The notes below the pieces were generated by a model. That model was not told the origin of the DNA. It ran no database searches and saw only the letters and a program-made list of their open reading frames with translations. Below are positions 56,428 through 64,000 of a stretch of 64,000 bases of DNA, in pieces (positions within the stretch are counted from its first letter, which is position 1; the number at the start of each line of letters is the position of its first letter). The position numbers and the translations under genes were made by a program. Source of the DNA: Botryllus schlosseri (taxonomy: Eukaryota); assembly GCA_051294905.1 (NCBI GenBank), contig CM119384.1:5580001-5644000 (forward strand), written 5' to 3'.

Positions 56428-57600
56428 CACTGGTCAACACATATTTTTAGGCAGACAAAGAGTGGTTTTGGGGGTTCTGAAAGACACTGATTCCGAATAT
56501 GACCGTAGTTTTTCTCAAATTGGCTCTTGTTTTGGAGATAATCCATGGGGTTATTTTACCAAAATCTCCCATTTTCGCTGTAATGACTAAATAGAAAGTC
56601 GGCTCAGTTGTACTATAAAGTTTAGAAATTCAATCTATTTGTTATCTTTACACACAGAAGACTCTTTTAAATCAAAAGACAGCAACAGCACTATATTTAG
56701 GGGTATTAGATTTATCATAGTTACAGACTTTCACAGATATCATGTTGATAAATAAACTCCAGTCATGTATATAAGTATTTAGCTAGATACTCAAATAACG
56801 TGGCATTAAATCAATAAGTTGAACGTCAACCACCTAGTGTAAATTTGAAAAATCAGTTGGAATATAATATTATTAATTTAGTTTAAAGCACAATTGTTTT
56901 TTTGCACGATTTGCGCCAGTAAGCAATTTAGTGCAGTTTCTCGAAAGGTTCCAGACAGGGTCTGCCATAATATTCAACTCATCTGCCCTGACATCTTTCT
57001 TTTGTGGTTTTGATCTCTTGGTGGAGCCTCTCCCATTGCTAATCAACAAGATGATCAGGAAATACATCAAGATGACTGAACAGGAAGTGAACTTTTATGC
57101 TCGTGTTTGTTCCAAGTTTTCCATATGCAGATACGAATTTTCGGACCAACTGTATGTAGTTGGGTGCTTTACGATCATCTAAAAAGTTTTATTTACAGCA
57201 TCTTGGGGGAAATTCCTTGCAGTGACCTTCTTCCTAATATGAAATTGGAATCTTTCATCCGTATTCGAATCTGAAATCTATCAAAGATACCAGATTTAAG
57301 CTTTTCGTTTGATAGGCATACTAGGTATACCCAATTTGTTGACTCATCGGGAAAATATCCATTCACAGTCAAAAGAAATGAGACGCATATGAGTATTTTA
57401 CTTGAGCTTTTCAAGTAAAAATTTTATAGCTTTATACTCCTCTTTAATCTTAGTAGAATGACCAATTGATACAGGAAAATGTGTATTTCCGTTGTGCAAA
57501 AGTACAATTGTTTGGCTTGACAAACTGCTTTTTTGACAAACAAATATTTCGTATCAGGTCAAGTTAACATTGATAGACAATATGAGAGCAAAACATGGTT
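56428..57600 (-). mobile_element. Chapaev3-like (CMC superfamily) transposase pseudogene with one intact end
   Basis: Remnants VLLHNGNTHFPVSIGHSTKIKEEYKAIKFLLEKLK*, QQIGYT, EKLKSGIFDRFQIR and NYIQLV...LGTNTSIKVHFLFSHLDVFP...ERLHQEIKTTKERCQGR match the Chapaev3 transposase as I recall it. Terminus cactggtcaac at 56428, preceded by taa. Confidence 0.8.
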
Positions 57601-58192
57601 GTAATCAAACTGAGATTGTTGATTAGGATACTGCAAGAGCAAATGCAATGAGGAGTATGATGGCATGTGAAAGTTTTGTGCTTATAAATCTGTATTAACA
57701 TCAAAAAGCTAGATACTTCAAGATGACAACACTGCTTAGATTGAGTTTTGAGATAGTGATGACTTCACTCCACTGGTAGAAGAACAGAAACCAGTTGATT
57801 CAGATGGATTAGGTGTGAACTGGCTGCAAAAAAACACTGGTTCATTTCGTCTGCAGCAATTGTTTACTGTGGAATGAATGGATAATGCTGTCATGCTTGA
57901 AAAACTGCTCATAAAAAAGAGAGAAACCCAAGAGCACTCTCTCTTCTTCTGCACTGCTTGCTATTATGAGCAAACAGTTTGAATCAGAGAACATATTACC
58001 AATGGTAGCAAGAAAGAGAGGGAAATAGTCTTACTATGAGTGTTACATGGCAAAAATGAATTTAAGGAAACTGACATTGTTAAGATCATTTGATCAAGTC
58101 ACTACAAGAACAAATGCAATATGAAGTATGATAGCGTGTGATAACTTATGCTTATGAATCTGTAATGACATAAAACGGCTAGATACGTCAAG

Positions 58193-61100
58193 ATGATAAC
58201 ACTGCTTAGATTGGGTGTGCTCATTGCTTTGTGCATAGTGTCACTGGCTACAGAGTTTCGTGATTTTGAAAAGGAATACAATAATCTCAAAGTGAAAAGG
58301 TATGAGCCCACATGGGATTCTCTGGACACAAGACCACTGCCAAAATGGTATGATGAAGCAAAATTTGGAATTTTCATACACTGGGGAGTTTTCTCGGTGC
58401 CAAGTTACGGTGATGAATGGTTCTGGGAACACTGGAAGGTAATTAACTATAATTGGAACACATCAGATTTCACTTTGTATCATTGAAACTAGGATTTCCT
58501 CAGAGCGGTCTGGAACAGCTGTCAAGAAGATACCCAGTGACAATTTATAATCGGAGATGAAAGAAAATCGTCCACACTTGATACATTGCCCAGTGACATG
58601 TACGTGTACATGTACAATGAAAAAAACTAGCTGGAATGATTCAATCTGTGACTTGGATGTCTCGAATATTGCAGATACTATGACATCCAAGTTAACGGGT
58701 GTCAGAAATTGACAATGACACATTGCATATTAACAGTTCGTACATGTCAGGTCGTTTGAAATTAACGAGATTGTCAAGCAAATATGTACTAAAGGTACCG
58801 TAATAAAAAGGGTTTAACGGATAAAAATATCAGACATACAGAAGTAGCAGTAGCATACTGTAATTATTAATTTATTATATGTACGGTACCTGCTTTAAAT
58901 CTGCCCTACAGTAATCTATCGGTTATTTGCCTATGTATTCTATATAGCTGCAATTGAATTTATGGTATATTTTGAAATACTACTTGCAAAATAAGAGCCA
59001 CTTTCCCCAATTGAACAGACTATTCACCTGGCCATATGAAAATGACAAGCAAAACAAACTGAAATGGCAGGTTTCTGATTCGTTACATACATAGAAATAC
59101 GAAGTATTGAGGGGTGCTCCATACATTTTCAATGCTTATCGTGATATGATCAATTCTATTCAGGGCCCGAATCCGAGTGCAAAGGTGGTGAAATTCATGA
59201 AAGACAACTATCCTCCAGATTTCACGTATGGTGATTTCGCATCTCAGTTCAAAGCAGAACTTTACGATCCTGACTACTGGGCAGATTTGATACAAGGTAA
59301 GCCTAGAACTGCACTGACATCGAAAGGAGCAATGAACTCCTCGGTTACCTACAACAATCTTTCCTCATGCGCGCCTCTTGACTAAAAAATTAAAATGCAG
59401 AAATAAGCTTGACCTAAATTATGACTCATTCCTTCTCTCTTCACCAATTATGGTTTCATTTTTATCCAAAATTATGAAAATTAAGCTACTGGCCAGGTCA
59501 AGACGTTAAATTGATTAGAACGTGACATTGTCTCGTTGATTCGCGATGTTCGGTAAGCGTAACAATAACGTCAATCACTGTACAAAAATCCCAATTAGAA
59601 TAGAGTTATCTTTGGGTTGATTGTTGACTGAAGTGCTACATATTAACCGTGAGATGTTTCAGTGAAAAAAATTCGAAACATCACATCCCTGAATTGGTAT
59701 TATATTGATTGCCGATAGTGAAGATTTTATATTCATTTCTATAAATCAAAATCACGGACCAAATGTTCATCCTGAGACATATAATCAAAGTTTCCGCCAA
59801 ATTTGCTAAAATCCCGATACATTGGCCATGCAATAGACAATTTTGCAATATTTGTTCCATTCTGCGAAGTAAAACCTATCCATTCTCAAATTTTCTAATC
59901 ATCAGAGTGATTTAACAAGGTAGCTGGTTTTGCCACTCGCCATGGCTTACCAGCTTTTAAATTTGAAGGTCCATTACCGGTATTAACACACACAAAAATT
60001 TAAGAGTCCGGAGCAAAGTATGTGGTTCTGACCACAAAGCACCACGAAGGATTCACCAATTGGGGTTCGAAACATTCATGGAACTGGAATGCAGTCGATG
60101 TGGGGCCGCACAAAGACCTCGTTGGCATGCTCGCCAATTCAATCCGAAACAGGACCGATGTTCACTTTGGTGTATACCACTCGCTTTTCGAGTGGTTCAA
60201 CCCACTTTATCTGGAGTAAGTAACTAAGAATGCATACTCGGACACGGATACAAATCTGGTGAAAAGTTGATTTTCGTGATCTACATGAGACACTTGAAGA
60301 ATCCGCACGTGCAACCCAAATAGTAGCAAATTTCCAGATCTTTTAGACATTACTTCACAATATTGAATTTCAGAGATGCTGCCGGCAATTTCACGACAAG
60401 AGAATTTGTTGTGGACAAGACGATGCCCGAGCTTTACGAATTGGTGAACAATTACAAGCCAGATGTCATCTGGTCAGATGGCGCCTTTGGGCCTGATTCG
60501 TACTGGCAAGCACCAGAGTTCATCGCATGGCTTTACAATGACAGCCCCGTTAAGGTAAGATTCTGCCATGTACTTCATTGATCCTACAACAAGAATGTAA
60601 CAAATGCTATAGCTGAAGAGGCTACACTAACAAAATTTCTCAATCAGGACACCGCTGTAGTGAACGACAGATGGAGCTCGACTTCCGCGTGCAAGCACGG
60701 CGATTTCTGGAATTGTCACGATCGCTACCACCCTTCGTCCCTTCAGAATCACAAATGGGAAAATTGCATGACCATCGACAAGTATTCGTGGGGATTCAGA
60801 CGTGACTCAATCATAGCCGACTACCTAACAATGGACGAAATCTTAAAGGTTGGTGGTCCCGGAATGTAAATCACATATGTAAGTTATTGAATACCAAGAT
60901 AGATAATGAGAAAGGAGGAATTAACCAGCTGATAGTACTCATACCCACAACCTCTGAAGCGGTACATTCATTGCTTTGCTATGCAATATTGGATCAACTG
61001 CAAAAATCATGTATGACCCTCGTGAGTAACTTATAGCAAACAATGACCGAAAGCGCTGACATTTTGAGAATAGAATTGAGATCTCATTCAACAGCATTGG

Positions 61101-62585
61101 GATATACATAGTACATACATTCACGGAAATCCCAGTAAATAGTATATTCATATTGAAATAAATCCCGAATTATTTTCGGCTGACACTCGTCCGAGGCTAA
61201 TCGTCAGCAAGTAGTAGACAATTGGAATGAACATTGTATATCAACAATCTCTTCGCCTTGATTATTCGAAACTTCATGTCGATGACATCATATTTGGTGA
61301 TACGATTGTTGATACGCAAAATTCTTTTTAATTCTCTGCTCGTTGCTTACGATTACCCATGACGAGTGTCAGCCGAAAATATTCGGGTTTATTTGAATAC
61401 GAATATATTATACAATTGTATGTTGACGTTCTGTACCTCCAAAAAGCTCTTCAAATCCCAGTAACAGATTACACATAAATTTAAGCCAAAAAGCACAAGT
61501 TTTCAAACCGAACGGCTGTATCGCTAATTGTAACTTAGAAAAGATGGCATTCAGTAAAATATAACCGAGTGATTCGATTCTGAATCGAGCATTAGGCTTC
61601 GTGTCGATTTCGGTTTTGATCAACAAACTTTTCTGTTCTGTTCTGGGTAAAAGTATCCTCCTTTCCCGTTTCCAAAATATGGTGACCCTATCATAAGAGT
61701 ATAGATGATATTGAAAGTTCAAATATGTAGCCTACCTTATATTTGACCACAAATATTAATATTATTAAATTAATACGAATCAATGCCATTTCTATACCAC
61801 ATGAATATAATCTGGTGTTTTTCGACCACAGCTACCCATCGGATTAAGTGACAATGCTGGGGGTTGACAACGACTTTATGGAAATGTGTTTTGCTAACCT
61901 GCTAATGATGCTTTGATATTACCAGTTGAGTTTTCAAGGCCTTTATGTGTTTATGTGGGGTAAAAACATCAAACTATACTGGTTGAAAATATAGTGCGAA
62001 GGGTTGTGTAATTTCAGTATTCGAAAGTACCATCTCTCATTACTCGACTCGAATCATTACAATTGACACTCGTTTCAGATTCGAATACTATATTCATTGT
62101 GTCAAGCCCTATTCACAACTCACATAAATCACTATAATTCTGTTAAGACCTTGATAAGCACGGTTGCGTATGGCGGCAATCTGCTGATGAACATGGGACC
62201 TTGTCACGACGGAACTCTCATGGGCATTTTCCAAGAACGACTTAAGCAAACCGGTGCGTGGATGAAAGTAAACGGAGAAGCAATCTACGGAACATCTCCG
62301 TGGAAAAAGTCACAAAACGACACGGTGAACCCTTTCGTTTGGTACACTACGAAAGAAGCCTCTGTCTATGCACTATTTTTGGAATGGCCCGCGGACAATG
62401 TCCTGGTCTTGGGTGCGCCGACACCTTCGAGCTCGGCCTCAAAAGTGACCATGCTCGGAGTACAGCAAAGCGTGGCATTTACCAAAGGAAAACCGTCGGG
62501 AATCAAAGTCACGTTGCCCACTCTCAATATAAAGCAAATGCCCTGCCAATGGGCCTGGACCTTGAAGCTGGACGGATTTCAGTGA
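58193..62585 (+). CDS. FUCA: Alpha-L-fucosidase (GH29), 469 aa with signal peptide
   Basis: Exons 58193-58438, 59164-59296, 60005-60215, 60374-60554, 60648-60848 and 62148-62585 (1410 nt, in frame). Motifs [22 protein letters not shown] (nucleophile Asp), [26 protein letters not shown] at 62640-62645. Confidence 0.95.
61142..61450. repeat. Foldback/palindromic dispersed repeat (single arms at ~48295-48450 and ~54850-55010)
   Basis: ~110-bp inverted arms carrying gacgagtgtcagccgaaaatattcggg; lies in fucosidase intron 5. Confidence 0.7.
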
Positions 62586-63199
62586 TAATTATCGTTACCT
62601 ATTTTGGTTATCGAGCAATCAAAGAATCGAATGAAATCTAATAAATCAAGCCTTCGGAGAACAACACGGATGCAGTTATGATAAACATCTCATACAACTA
62701 GGCTGTGAATGAATACCGTGTTCATGATTTATCACAATGCTTCCCAACCTTTTTCAGTTCAGTTATTGCAAGTTTTATTGTGCCACCCACATTGAGATAC
62801 GACTTGCCAAATGAAAAACAAATTAATGAGAAAAGAAACAACACACGATTACACAATAGACAACACACATGCAGTTTACTAGTAATGCAAGTTGAGGTTG
62901 CATATTAGATATTATCACATCACGTCTGTATGCTTGATTGGCTTGATGTTACTCAGAAAATATCCAGAAAAACCAAAAACTGAGGTACACATATTTTCAA
63001 CCAACCGTCTGATGTAAGATCGTCATTGTTTCAAAAGTATGTACCTATGAAATTGATATCATATCAATAAAGAATATTGATGCCATTCCATAGCAACCAA
63101 AACAAGTCCTCCATGACATATTGAATAGAAAGTTGCAATATTAAGAAATGCTTCGTGGCCCACCTGGAATAGCTTCGCCAACCGGTTGGGAAGCACTGC

Positions 63200-63670
63200 T
63201 TTACAGCCATTCGTCACCCTTTCTTGATATGCAATAAATTTGATGGAACTGAAACATTTTCGGAATGGCAGAGCGTGCACGAAAGTAGCCTGGCAATGGA
63301 GAGTTTAAAACAGCATCCTCTCTTATTCAGCATTCAGCACAAGAGGAAGTCGGAAGCATGTTTTGAGTGAGATAGCACTGGATGGCAAAATTGCAAAGAA
63401 AGGTATGCTGCGTTTTTGCATATGTTCCATACAATTACTCAGCGGCATTGACTGGCACATGGGGTCAGGGATGGTCAAAGAAGTCAACGTTGGTACTCTT
63501 GTAAAATCGAAATAATATTGAAGATTTCTGTTCAATTATAAGTATAAGTTTATGATTTCCAATAAATGTCAAAATTACTTCCAAGTGGAGGTTGAAAATC
63601 AAGGTCTGAAAGTTGGCTATACAAGTAATTACCCTAAAAAGTAGATTTGTTCGAAGAGTCGCAAACTTCA
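63200..63670 (-). pseudogene. Possible decayed hAT transposase core fragment
   Basis: Weak frameshifted resemblance to the Buster-type core (TEIFNII, VDFFDH, MPLSNC, LHC). By eye only. Confidence 0.3.
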
Positions 63671-64000
63671 AATTTATATGTGGACATGACTACTGCTCAA
63701 TAAAAAATCTCTCTCTCTCTCTCTCTCTTTCAGAATTGTAGGGTAAATACTGGTGACCACAGTAAAATGATTACTATTGGCACTAAAAATAGGTGTAAAA
63801 ATCAGGGTTGTAATGACTCGAGTCACGATTTTTTGATGACTCGACTTGACTCGAGTCATTTTTTCAAAATACGGAAATGACTTGACTCGACTCGAGTCAA
63901 TCTTTGTACTGACTCGACTTGCACTCGAGTCATTGCGCATGACTCGAACCAAGTCATTGACTCGAGACTCAGACGGCCAAGACCGACATTTCATTGTAAT

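Noticed and set aside
56873-57414. Two short ORFs that look like neuropeptide or antimicrobial precursors (hydrophobic start, KR/GRR sites)
   Set aside because: They are frameshifted pieces of the Chapaev3-like transposase (EKLKSGIF...QIR; KVHFLFSHLD).
58586-58595. ttgcccagtg as the second Chapaev TIR, which would enclose fucosidase exon 1
   Set aside because: Only a 9/10 match, flanks taa and aca do not form a TSD, and no N-terminal transposase motifs lie in between.

Overview
AT-rich, intron-containing eukaryotic DNA. The muscle actin ([23 protein letters not shown]...) points to an ascidian, probably a Styela-like stolidobranch (inference). Well-supported genes are a 3-exon larval-type muscle actin (-), an intronless atypical class-A GPCR (+) divergent from it, a 6-exon GH29 alpha-L-fucosidase (+) and tRNA-Leu(AAG). 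Two genes missing from the ORF track were rebuilt from splice sites: an MS4A/CD20-like four-TM gene (~2.2-3.15 kb, -) and an unidentified spliced gene (~40.5-41.3 kb, -). Much of the rest is transposon-derived: many non-autonomous hAT elements with 8-bp TSDs, a pogo/mariner MITE, a 5'-truncated L2/Crack LINE, modular tRNA-derived SINEs, decayed Buster-type transposases and a Chapaev3-like transposase next to the fucosidase start. A ~12.7-kb tandem array (12733-25470) of 3-4 composite units differs unit by unit in datable insertions. I found no convincing wholly new system. The best leads are the array, the transposon/duplication overlap with the fucosidase start codon, the unidentified spliced gene and the SINE tail swapping. 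All alignments and family assignments were made by eye or from memory, with no database search.
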